Both the position numbers and the translations under genes were made by a program. Below the pieces are notes generated by a model that saw only the letters and a list, made by a program, of their open reading frames with translations, did no database searches and had not been told where the DNA came from. This document shows, one piece after another, positions 23,959 to 36,678 of a DNA stretch of 64,000 nt. Source of the DNA: Zygnema circumcarinatum SAG 698-1b (taxonomy: Eukaryota; Plantae; Zygnematophyceae); contig CM074808.1 of assembly GCA_037447605.1 (NCBI GenBank), forward strand, positions 2,542,001 through 2,606,000, read 5' to 3'. Each line of letters opens with the position of its first letter. The stretch's first letter is position 1.

Positions 23959-26900
23959 CTGGGCGCCGACGGAAGAACTTTTGCCGCCGGTGATAGCTGC
24001 ACCCAGCTTTCCCCCCCATGAGACCATCAATGATGAGGAGTGGCTGGAAATAGAGGGTCAGATGCGATTGGGGCCAGCAGTCCTCTCAGACCCGATCAAG
24101 CATTCACAATTACGCCAAGTGCTGCGCCGAAATCATCTAGTTTTCGCACGACATTCACTCGACATTGGCAAGACCCACCTGATAGAGCACCACATCGATA
24201 CGGGGGATGCACCTCCCGTGATGACCATGACTCCCTACCGCTTTTCCGCCGCTCAGCAGGCCGATGTCGAACGACAGATCGATGAGAACGTGGCTGCCGG
24301 CTTGATGGAACCTGGAGAAGGGCCTTGGGCCAGCCCGGCCGTTCTGCCCCCAAAGCCGGATGGCACACTACGCTTCTGTGGAGACTATCGGAAACTGAAT
24401 GCCATAACGAAGTGGGATCCCTATACATTACCGGATGTGGACCTGATTCTCCACGGCGTCTCCCCTGATGACCGGTGGTTCTCGGCACTTGACATGCAGA
24501 AATCCTTCTGGCAGATCCCCCTGCGACAGGCCGATCGCTGCAAGACAGGGCTTCGCACAGCCACGCGCTTCGTGCAGTGGACGGTGCTTCCCTTTGGGCT
24601 CAAGAATTCCAGCCAGACTCACCAGCGCGCACGGCCAGCCAGGTGTTAGGCCCCGCAATGGGTACCCTTACTGCGAACCTTCGTGGATGATAGCCGATCC
24701 CGCGGCAAGGACTGTGGTCACTCCACGCAGCTTACATTGACCAGAGTCACCTGCTTGGCTCATCGGTCTTGGCGTCACGAGATTGCACACCCAAGAGTGC
24801 AAATGGGGCCACGGGGGAGATCCACTCATCGAGCACCGCCTGCGGCATCAATAGCTGAAACCATCACTCGACAAAATTGAAGCAATTGACCTTATGCCCA
24901 TTCCACAGAATCTCACTCAGCTCAAGTCTTTCTTGGGACTCACCTCCTTCTATCGCCGGTTCATTAAGGGTTATGCCCTCATCGCGCGTCCCCTACATGC
25001 CTTGGAGAAGCACGGAGTCCACTACGAATGGAGCCGAGCGCAGGATCTGGCCTTCCAGGCGCTCAAGAGTGCCCTCCTTCAGGCTCCTTGTCTGCATCAA
25101 TTCGACCCCACCCTGCCCACCATTATTGACGCTGACTGGAGTCAGACAGGCTTTGGGGCAGTGGCCAGTCAAGCATTCTCGGATGGGGAACACCCGGTCA
25201 GTTATGCTAGCAGGGTTTGTTCAGAAACCGAGACCAAGTACAGCCCTGCGAGGGGTGAGGCGCGGCCTACTCACGGGCACTCGAAGTTCAAAAGCTCTTC
25301 CGCGGCCTACCAGCCCCATTATCATCGGTTGACCACATGCCTGCGGCTGCACATCGCTGGCTACCTCGCCCTAAGTTTTGCCGCGATGGGTGATGAAGTT
25401 GGAGGAGTATAATGTACTTAAGGTCCTCACCCGTCCGCGACGCGATCCGCGCGGCATCGCGGCGGTACCGGTCATAATCCTTACGGCTCCCTCCTGCGTC
25501 ACGATCCGGCGTTCACGAACCCATCCCACTCCACCCACCCTCTTGAACCACGAGCATCTTCCCATTGCCAAAGTTTTTATTGCGCTCAAGCCACGCATGA
25601 TGTCCCTATTCGCGAGATGGGCTGTCGATATTCGGCCACCGCCACCACCCTCTCCATCGGTACGGGAGGACCTGAGCTTCACCCGGTACCTCCCCATGCG
25701 GATCAGTAGGGAACTCCTCATGGATGGCGATGGCGGCGGCTCCCTTACTTCCTCCCCATTTCCCCACGAGCGCCAATGGCGTCCATTCGGACTCACTCCA
25801 TACGCGCCTAAAAGTCATGACCGCGTGCCCCTTTTATCCGCGGACACTTAGGGGGCCTGGTACGCTCCATACATCTCGGAGATTTCTACGTTGATGATGA
25901 AGGGCCGGTCGTACCTCCCCTCAGCCTTCACGTTTTCCTTTCCCAATGAGCAGCATAGGAGTTACGGATGTATTACGATTTCCCAGCCAGTAGGATTCCA
26001 CCTGAAGCGAGAGAAAAGAAGATGGTAGCCACTAACTGCGAGGCGCTATTATTGGCCCGGCCTCCACGGCGCGGTGAGCCGCTACATCGAAACTTGCACC
26101 CGTTGCCAACGCGGCAAGCGCTCTGCTCCCTTCGACCGCCAACCCCTAGAGATGGGTGAGATCCCGATACAAGGCGTTGCAGAAGATTGGAACATTGACA
26201 CCTTTTCTATCCCCGGCTTCGGTACCCCTCGCTACATTGGTCTTCCTAGCGGTGGGCGGATACCACGCAGAGTGGGTGGGGATTCATGCAGCGAGAATCT
26301 AAGCTTCCATCCACTCTACTTTCGCCTCAGCGGGCATCATTCACCGCCACTCTCTACCCTACTCTGTCCACTCTGACAATGGCACCGAATACAAGGGGGC
26401 ATTTGCCAAGCTAATGCAGGACTTTCGCATCATCCACCGCACCTCTAGCCCCTACTCCCCCTGGCGGAATGGGCTGGCCCGGAGCGTACCATTGAGGCCG
26501 AGTCAAGGATCTGCGTGTGTTGGCGGTTGCTTGTGAGCTGGAGAAGGCGGGCTGGCCAGTCATCCCACCACGAAGTCTTCACCTACAACACCTGCGGTGC
26601 ACTCCCTCCCACTGGCTTCCACCAAGCCTCGAGGCTCCTCATGGCGTAAGCCCGCATTTCCCACGGACTCCTGGCGAGCCCTCTTCCGCGATGGCCAGCC
26701 TCCCGGATGGTCGCCCGGCCGACTCGGCCTGGCTTCCCAAACCCTAGATTCCATGGCCTCCCCACCACCTGCGACAGCGCCGCGGTGACAACTCACGACT
26801 TTGGGGGCGCCCGGCCGCTGCGCTCACCACGCCCCAGCCAAGGTGGCAGCCCAAACTCTGCATTTCGGCTGGGAACCAGCGCCGAGAGCCCCTTCGCGGG

Positions 26901-27150
26901 GCTTTTACGTGATTGGGCCTGTTTCATGTCGCCCGGATGAGTCGGAGATCGGGTTGGGCCATTTAGGGGCCACGACTCTAAGTGAAAGAGCGCCGGTGGC
27001 GTTCCAGCGGATCGACGATGCGTGCATACGTCCGGTTCTCCCGCGATGGGCCGTTAGGCGGCAGTAGCCTCCTCGTGCCCCCTTGCCATGACGACTCCTC
27101 ATTGGTCAGAACAATTCCAGCGACCCAGTGCACTTCAGCCACTTTTGCCT
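23959..27150 (+). pseudogene. gypsy Y pol: reverse transcriptase, RNase H, DDE integrase
   Basis: RT: LRFCGDYRKLN, FSALDMQKSFWQIPL, VLPFGLKNS. RNase H: LKSFLGLTSFYRRFI, DADWSQTGFGAV, YASRVCSETETKY. Integrase: RYYWPGL..VSRYIETCTRCQ (HHCC) and HSDNGTEYKG...SPYSPWRNGLA. Confidence 0.93.
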
Positions 27151-28272
27151 TAAGCCCACATTTCGCCAGCCCGGCCGTCTCTTCGATCACGGTCCTCCCG
27201 ATACTCCCGTTGCCGAGATATGCGGCGGGCTTCTCAACGAGCATGACTGTCTCCGCAGCGGCCCCGTCCCGTCATCGTGGCTCCGCTTCCGGCGCGCTGC
27301 ATGCTCTCTTCATTTAAGCCCTTGTGATGGCTTATTTTTTTCAAGGCATGTGCTTCACGGTGGCGTAGCGAGACTGCGTTCGACAGATCTCGTCGGTTCA
27401 ATTGTACTTGACATATTACTTTTCTTCGTGTCGCGGATCAGATCGAGGCGCGGCGAGGAAATGCCGAGAAGCGGCCGTAATCAACATAATCAGGTCCAGG
27501 CACTCGGTGGGCAGTTATCCCGAGAGAAACATCACTACTAGGCTCAAGATCTATTGTCGGTGTTAAGTAGATGGGATGTCCAATGATGCTTTTGTCTTTT
27601 AGTGCTGGGCTTAGTATTTGTATTTCTTTACATTGTGGTTTTGTCTTCTTGTTCTTCTCTTCTTCCTCTTCAGTTCCAGCAACAGATGCTAAGTGTGAGA
27701 GAGAGAGAGAGTTCCATGCCATAGATAGAGAGAGAGAGAGAAAGAGTCTTCTTGCTGATAGCATTTAGACGTCCCATTCAGCCCAGCTAGACAAAGATTT
27801 CAGTGAGAAGATCCTTTCATTGTAATGACTATCCCCAGCCAACCGCTGGCTGGGGTGACTTTCCAAAATACAACCTTTATCTAAGTTGAGTACTGTTTTC
27901 CCTTTGCTGTCACTATGCCAAGCTACCATCTTGTCCTATTCTGCCTTACGCTCATCCCAATGACCAATGATAACTAGAAGCCTAGCTAAGAGAATAGCCG
28001 AGGAGAGGACAGGGGAAGAGAGCCCCCAAGGAAGGGCTCTTTGCACATCGAGACCAGCCGCCGGTGGGAACATCTTCGGGATCCCTACGTCTTCCGCTGC
28101 GCGTACCTCTGAATCTCCCGGATCCTGGCTCTATGCTGCAGGCAGACCCACAGCACCAACCCAACCCTTCATTAGTTTCAGCACGGACGCGCGAGTGGCC
28201 GTACAGCACCTGCAACTAGCTCAGCAGTCTTCTCTTAACCCCACTTATCTTGTGCTACACCCTACTGTACTG

Positions 28273-28432
28273 TAACGGCTAGTACAGATAGTACGGCTAG
28301 TACGGTTAGTACGAACAGTACGGACAGTACGGCTAACACAAGGTACCGTACAAAAAGGTGGTTTCGGCAAAATCGGGGCGAAAATATTGAGGACGCACTC
28401 CTTAGGGTGGTAAATACGAGGACCCCCCACTG
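28273..28432 (-). mobile_element. MITE copy M0, right piece
   Basis: TAGTACG repeats, then GGGTGGTAAATACGAGGACCCCCCACTG|TA; reverse complement of the M2/M3 left ends. Confidence 0.85.
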
Positions 28433-28822
28433 TAGTACTACGCAGTCCTTACAATCCGTAAAAATGTACCTGCGTCATATCCACATAATGGAACCGCGTT
28501 CGATAGTACGGATCCCTACACTGCTCTCTTCCAAAAACCAACCTTCACTGGAATGCATAAAACCCTCTTATTGTTAGTCATCAGAGGTGCTCAACATGAA
28601 TAATTTTGCACACGCGTGTGTGGAAAGTTCTCACATTCACGAATCCCGACCCATGCATGCATGCATGTATGGCTCACTTGACCAAACCTTTGCACACTCT
28701 CGCACGCCCACTAGACCCCAGGTGAGGGAGCGTATGAAAACACAACAAAGGCCATGGGTGGACAACAGCTGCAACCAGCCAGCAACAAGTCCACATCCAT
28801 CACGTCGGGGCAAGAAGTCTTT

Positions 28823-31649
28823 TTAGCCAACTTTCCGTTTTTTTGATTTTATTGAGACCTTGCCATCAGCAGGACTTCCTTTTTGTACAGCGTCTTCCAG
28901 GACCGGAAGCTCCCTGCCTACAGTTTCTCCTCCATCAACATGGTCCCACTTTCTTTTCTTTTTGGACTTCTTTATGCTCTCGCGAGCCTCTAAGCCATAC
29001 TTGGTATCTCCAGGTGTCACATGCCCATTGCTGTCTCTGTGATCTCTGAACTTCAAGGGTTCGTCGACTTTTGAATTGTAACCTTGGTTCGAGATCCCCA
29101 CATTGGAAATTTCTTGAACCTTGCTTCCGGTCTGAGCTACAGATCTGCCTTCTTTCACAGAAACCCCCGCCATGTTCCGCAAATCCGCCACTTTCCCGTT
29201 AGCCTGAACACTGGTCTGCATTTTCTCTTCCCTAAATCCAGCCTCCTTTTCCCTTGTCTGCTCGCTTACGCTCTCCTTTCTTTTCTTTTTTCGTGATCCT
29301 ACTGAATGTGGCGGCTGGGGGTGGCTTGGCGAGGCTTCAATCACCTCCGTCGTATTTCTCTCTTTGGCTTCTTCCCTAACGTTGGCAGCCTTCAGGGACC
29401 TGTATGGCGAATCCTCTCATGGGATTGGAAAAAGTTAGTAATTTCAACAACTTCTGCAGCAAAGCACAGTTGCACTTGTTCAACTTCCTTCTCAAACACA
29501 ATCTATAATTTGCTTATTTGTAACTCATATTGCCTGCAATAAGGAAAAAGACACGCATACATAAATCAAAGTGGAAGTTGAAAAGTAAAGTGAGTAGCTA
29601 GATTTTTCCCCATGGTGCATGCAATCAAGTCCCGCAGGGACACTCACCTTTCTTTGGTGCTCTGCCTGGTCAACCATTCGATCAAGCCTGTTCCAGGTGT
29701 GTTCATTGCAGCCTCGATGGACAAGTAATCATCGATCTCGACTCGTAACCTGCATTGCACCAATCTCTGTCACTGAGGGCTTCTGAGATCACCAGTACAT
29801 TCTGCAATTAGAATTGCTATTGAAGTACAATTAGATTACGACAGACAATCCACTTTTTCGGAATGGACATGTTCATATCAATTGAAAATACTTTTTGTTC
29901 TATACTGCACATTTAGAAGTTCTTGTACCTAGCCCTATCCCGACCCTTTTTTCCGAACAATAAGTGATACAGAAGATTCAATTGAAGGAAGCCTACTGAG
30001 TGTAAATGCAAAGTAAAAGCTTTGCATTTCCTCCAAACAATGGCAGATTAGCCCCAGCGATTTGCATGTTGTGGCGTTAGTATACGTTGCTACAAGGAAA
30101 AATAGTGAGGCTTAAGCTATTTGAGGAAAGGGAGGAAGCTTACCCAACTACCAGAAAGCGAATTTTGCTCCCAACCCTGATGACATGCTCCTCATCCTGC
30201 TTGCTGTAAAATACTGGGTTCACCCACTGATGCAGGGACCAGTATGTCAATAAAAAAGAACCAAAGAAAACTAGTTCTTATTATTATCATTTAAAGTTCT
30301 GCTTCATACGCATAGAAGGTAGATGGTGGTACTGAACCTTCTCCAAATAGCACATTGATGCATGAAACAAAGTGTCTTACGTGAAGGATAAACACTGGGA
30401 TAAATTGCAATCAAGTTGCGAGTGGCACAACTAAACCTACACTGACAAAGGGCAATAATGGTCGATGCAAACGCAAAACATTTCTCGCAGATGTTATTGA
30501 GTCTCTTCTCATACTGATGGCAAGGGGACATGCTTGGAAAAAAAACACAACAAACACCACACTCCCCATACAAATATAGCGCACCTCTTCATCTGTATAA
30601 AAATGATCCGAAAGATCTTTCCCCCGAATTGCAGCATTGAACACTCCCAAAACGTGCACGCCTATGTAGTCAATCCCGGTCTTATACACCACGCCATCTG
30701 CCCCAGCCAACAGACCAAAAGAGCTGCAAAGAGGTCATGCCTCACGCTTCACTAACAAAAAATACGATTGCTTAACAATGCTGGAAACTGCATGACACGA
30801 CCGCACCAAAACCTGGATGGAAGAAAAGCATCGGCTTTGCTGTGCTTTACTTCCCTGTAAACCAAAGCTGATATTACTTTTTCAAGTGTCTCATTGTGAT
30901 ACGACATAAGTGTTTCCTTAAAAATTGTCTGCATTATAATAAGCTGTAAAACACTTTCCTCAAGCAAAATTACGATGGTATAACGTGATCTTTATTGAAA
31001 CGTATGCTAAAAAATAGAAAAAAGAAATGGGTTGGTAAAATTGCAAACCCTGGCATTGATAACTCTCTTTCGGACCAATATTGTGACAAGCGGCTAGACT
31101 CTCAGCACACAGCAGATCACGGTGGCATGGAGCAACCAGAGCACATGACAAGAAGAGCCCACTCTGCCTCCTACTGTATTCACTCTGAGTTGACCGGCGG
31201 GGCTTACCAAGAATCGAACCCAAGGCAGGAGCGAAAAGTAACAGCTTGGCAGATACATTCAACCGAAAGAAAGGAGCGAGTCCTTCCAGAATTTTCGCTT
31301 TCGTGCCATGAACTACCACATCGGAGTACCCGAGAACAACACCTTCAAAGTTTTCATTGAACCTACAGTAAGTACAACACAATGAGGTGCTGAGAAGAAA
31401 GTAGCAACCAAGATAGACCACATTGCTGTTTTGCAGCAGCACGGTTGTAATGCTATACAAAATCCAAGAACATTCCCCCCACACTCTTCTGAAAGCAACA
31501 CTTGCATCATGAGCATGAACGTACTTAAGAAGGAGGTCGTTGAGCTCCTCTTGCACGCCCAGCTTTATGACATTAGCCCGAGATGGATGAATGGCGAGCG
31601 AAAGCTCAGCCTTTGCTGTTTTCAAAAAAGTCCCCTTAGAAGCCATCAT
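28823..31649 (-). CDS. RPA43: RNA polymerase I subunit RPA43-like (multi-exon, Lys-rich C-terminus)
   Basis: MMASKGTFLKTAKAELSLAIHPSRAN..LGVQEELNDLLLK / FNENFEGVVLGYSDV...KILEGLAPFFRLNVSAKLLLFAP / IGIDYIGVHVLGVFNAAI; KKSKKKRK-rich tail. Confidence 0.78.
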
Positions 31650-32132
31650 CCTACCCTACATTCGGTGCCACTCATGAAAAAAACCGATGAATGAAAGCCA
31701 AGCCCGCCCCTGCTCCTCCAGTTTTAATGGTCCGTTCAGCAAGTACTCTGGAAAACCGCTCACAGACACTCTCTCTCCTTCGGTGGCGCGGCGCTCAGTG
31801 CGTTCGCTTGTTTCACCGTGACCAATGGGAGCAGCGTGCAGGAGCGAAATCCTCCTTTCGCCCCTCCCACTTCCCCTCCACAATTAGAGTTTCCCTTGCA
31901 AGCCTGTCTACCTCCACTGCGAACCCTAACCAAGCACCAGACCAATGGCGAATCGCCACGTGTACACTTTTGCACACGTGACGACTCTCCATTGGACAGT
32001 GCGTGGAGGAAGGGCCCTGATAGGGTTAAGGGCGCCGCCGGCGCAGCGTATAAAGCGAGTTCGTTCCTCAACGCGGTCCTCTTTCTCCTCCGTCTCTTGG
32101 CGCAGAGCCGTCCCGTTGAAGAGCCTGCAGCC
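31650..32132. promoter_or_regulatory. bidirectional promoter between RPA43 and RPS13
   Basis: 483 bp between divergent ATGs; CACGTG G-boxes (~31957, ~31975), CCAAT boxes (~31822, ~31942), TATAAA at ~32048. Confidence 0.6.
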
Positions 32133-33851
<1,719 letters not shown>

Positions 33852-35596
33852 GTTGGAATGGAAGGAAGATGGGAAGTGTTATCTAGGCGCTTTGTCTAGA
33901 CTCGCTGTTTCCGATGTACTTTTCATTTTTCAGAAATGAAGATGCTCCGCCTCCATATCTTGGTCATTCTCATCCCTTCTGCTATGCATGCCTTTTCACT
34001 TGTTCCCTGTCTTCAGCCTTTGGTAATTTTACAAGACTATGTTGATATGACCTCTGAAAATCATTGATCTCCACTCGTGGGCAATTACCTTAAACTTTGC
34101 CTGTCAAACTTGAATTTGCTCGCCAGGGGCGTGTCCACTCTGGATATTTGATAATTGGCTGAAGTGTACTGTTTGGACTCATGATTGAGTCAGGGAAGTG
34201 CCTGCCTCCTTTAAATTGAGTGGATTGCTTACAGTTGATTGTAATCAAATGTTGAAAGTTGCTGATGTTTAGTCGGCGCTTGATTATTTAAGATTGAAAA
34301 TGCTAGGCATTTTCACTTTCAGTCTGGTGAGAGCCTAATTGGTTTTTTTTTTTTTTTTTGCAAAACTGTACGCTTAACAGCATTTGGTTTGTCGTTTTAG
34401 GTTTTAAGTCGAAGAGTAAACATGCGCGCTGCATGTTTCCCAAGTCTGCATTCAGGACCAGAGCAGCGAGTACTGCCGCATTTGTGCTCTCAGTTTTGTC
34501 CTTGTGCACGGTGTAAACCATTCACAGAAACAGATTAATCTTCGCACTCGAAATTTGCAGATATTATGTTGTGGCAAGAATTGACCTGGATTGCATGGAT
34601 GTCAAGCACCGTTAGCTGGAAGCCTAGATGGCGCAGAAATTGCTCGAAAGAAAAAGTTTAAACGAATAAAGCAACATCAGCAAAGATTATTTCTGGTCAA
34701 CTTTTGCGTGAACGAACATAATTAGTCGAAGCACGGGGCATACACATCTTTCAAAATTCTTCCCAATCGGTTGCAGTAATACACACCATGCCGACAGATA
34801 CCACGTTAGCCTTGAGAATCATTCAATATTTCATTATTCATTTGATTATCTTTCATAAAATCAAGAATTAGAAGCCTAGATTGAGCAAATATAACTTCTG
34901 GAATGAGCCAGACCGTGACCAGGCAAATAAAGGATAGACAATAATACTCTGACTCTGGCACCTCCATAGGGAACCCACTGTTGGATACCCTAAGAGTTTG
35001 AGCTACACATTCATTACTGCCATCCCTTATGGTGTGTATGATCGAGAAGTGACCACACTACGGCAACACCACACTCGCATATCATCAAGATTAGAGCAGC
35101 TGCTGTCAAGGTATGAATGCAATAGTGCACGATGAACGCCAAGAGCCAACTCTGAAGGCAGCCCAGGCACTACTGTACACATCCGATGAACAGAGTCTGG
35201 AAGCCACCTACTTCTTGCCTTATGGACAAGCATAGCACCTGAAAATGGAACTTGAAAAACAAAACTTCACGCAGAAAGTCATACGCTTGTCTTCACTTCT
35301 CTTGTCTCACCGGCAGGAAGACATACACGTCATGCATCGGCTATGGTCCAGCCAAATTTATTTTGGTTATTATGTACCTCCTAGAAAATGAGACAAACAT
35401 TTCAGAAAGTTCGGGTCCTGTACAATCATCCATTGCCTCCAAGGAGCTAGTCTACATCTCAAAAAAGGGTAGTCTCAACAGGTAATTACAGGTGCGATGG
35501 ACGAGTTGTCCAGCTAGTCGTGATGTCTGCTGCACAGTGAAGCCCAGAAATCAAAAGCAACGCCCTCGGCGTTGAGTTCACATTGGTGCTTATCCC

Positions 35597-36364
35597 TCAC
35601 CTCCTGGCAGAAACCGAAGAATCACGGAAGCCCCATAGTGCTGCAAAGCCTTCAATGGGTCGCAAATGGTTGAAAACTCCACAAATTTGACATCGCCAAC
35701 TCACAGCCCCAGGGGGCAAAGGATATTCCTCCTGACAGCCCTTACAGGCGGAAGGAGGTGAAATTCCTCTATGGGTAGTCTGTGGATGTCCAAACCCTGG
35801 CGAACTTCCAGAAGGAGGCAAAGGCGGCGCAGAGGCCCATTTCCTCCTGCCATAGTTGCTCATGCACTCTGTGGTTTCAGCAGATTCTGATTGCCCCAGT
35901 CCCATGATGGACCCAAAACACACCTCTTCTATCAACTTCCCTTCCTCCTCCTCGAAAGAATCCGGCAGCTGCCAGAAGCGCCTCCTGAAAAGAAATTCAA
36001 GAAACAGGCCTCCGTTTCTTGGCAACAGCAAGTGGCCTTTTCTCAGAACTTCAAGCTTTCCTGGACAAACGCCTTCATGTACAAACAAAAAGCAGCAAAA
36101 ATGTACAAGAGAAATCCAAGCCGAACAATGGCGTTCTTCTTCCTCCCCCTCCTGAACTAACAGCGCACTAACTCCTATGCTGCTGCGTTCTTGTAAAACA
36201 CATAGCCCATCAGCGCCGTCGCAAGCAGAGTGAAGCAGCAGCAGACCACCGCCAGCGATGCGAGAGCGAGCAGCACATCGCAGAAGAAGAAGGCCGCTCG
36301 GACGCAGAGGCCGATCCAGAAGCTCACGACGGACATGGTGCAGTCTTCTTGCAGGCGCTCGCAT
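35597..36364 (-). CDS. putative protein with one LSD1-type C-x2-C-x14-C-x2-C zinc finger; exon structure uncertain
   Basis: 255-aa ORF containing Pro-rich SAPPLPPSG then CKGCQEEYPLPPGAVSWRCQICG; donor-like AG|GTGAGG near the 3' end, with a possible short last exon ending ~35514. Confidence 0.45.
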   Translation of the reverse strand: MRAPARRLHHVRRELLDRPLRPSGLLLLRCAARSRIAGGGLLLLHSACDGADGLCVLQERSSIGVSALLVQEGEEEERHCSAWISLVHFCCFLFVHEGVCPGKLEVLRKGHLLLPRNGGLFLEFLFRRRFWQLPDSFEEEEGKLIEEVCFGSIMGLGQSESAETTECMSNYGRRKWASAPPLPPSGSSPGFGHPQTTHRGISPPSACKGCQEEYPLPPGAVSWRCQICGVFNHLRPIEGFAALWGFRDSSVSARR

Positions 36365-36678
36365 ACGGCTCGCAGAAACCCTAAAAAGCGGCCGCTGCCG
36401 CTGCTTCTTCCTGCGCCTCCAACGCTCGTCGGCAGCCCTTCTGACTGAGGTTGGAAAGCAAGGCTTCGGTCTCGGGCATTACGGAGGAGGAGGAAGAGGG
36501 GTTTGACAGCTTAACAGAGGCTCAGCAGAGCGGCGAGCATTGAGGGGGAGTGGGACGGGCTTCTTGGGAGACAGGTTGCGTGGAGGACTGGTGTCGGAAG
36601 TGAGATTGGGGGCGAGGAGAAGGATTTTTTTGGATTCCCGGATCTCTTAATTAGCTGAGCTTTTCTGTTAGGAGCGCC

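Larger units (their letters stand above)
20691..28259 (+). mobile_element. Ty3/gypsy LTR retrotransposon Y
   Basis: LTRs 20691-21678 and ~27358-28259; exact 4-bp TSD CCCT; PBS; RT-RNase H-integrase order. Confidence 0.95.
20130..28267 (+). mobile_element. MITE copy M3 (20130-20690 plus 28260-28267), inserted in the TIR of M2 and interrupted by gypsy Y
   Basis: TA|CAGTGGGGGGTCCTC at 20130; ...GAGGACCCCCT[Y]CCCTACTG|TA; TA duplicated at 20128-20129 and 28268-28269. Confidence 0.88.

Noticed and set aside
5045-28259. Dating the elements from LTR-LTR divergence, or calling them ancient
   Set aside because: The differences are indel-dense and patchy, consistent with sequencing error; near-identical blocks contradict old age.
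5045-28259. X and Y as one element duplicated by misassembly
   Set aside because: They have different flanks and target sites (MITE interior CCCG versus TIR CCCT), and only X has the copia. Not fully excluded without reads.
20691-28259. Calling the family DIRS/Ngaro
   Set aside because: No tyrosine-recombinase motif is seen; an HHCC/DDE integrase and a 4-bp TSD are present.
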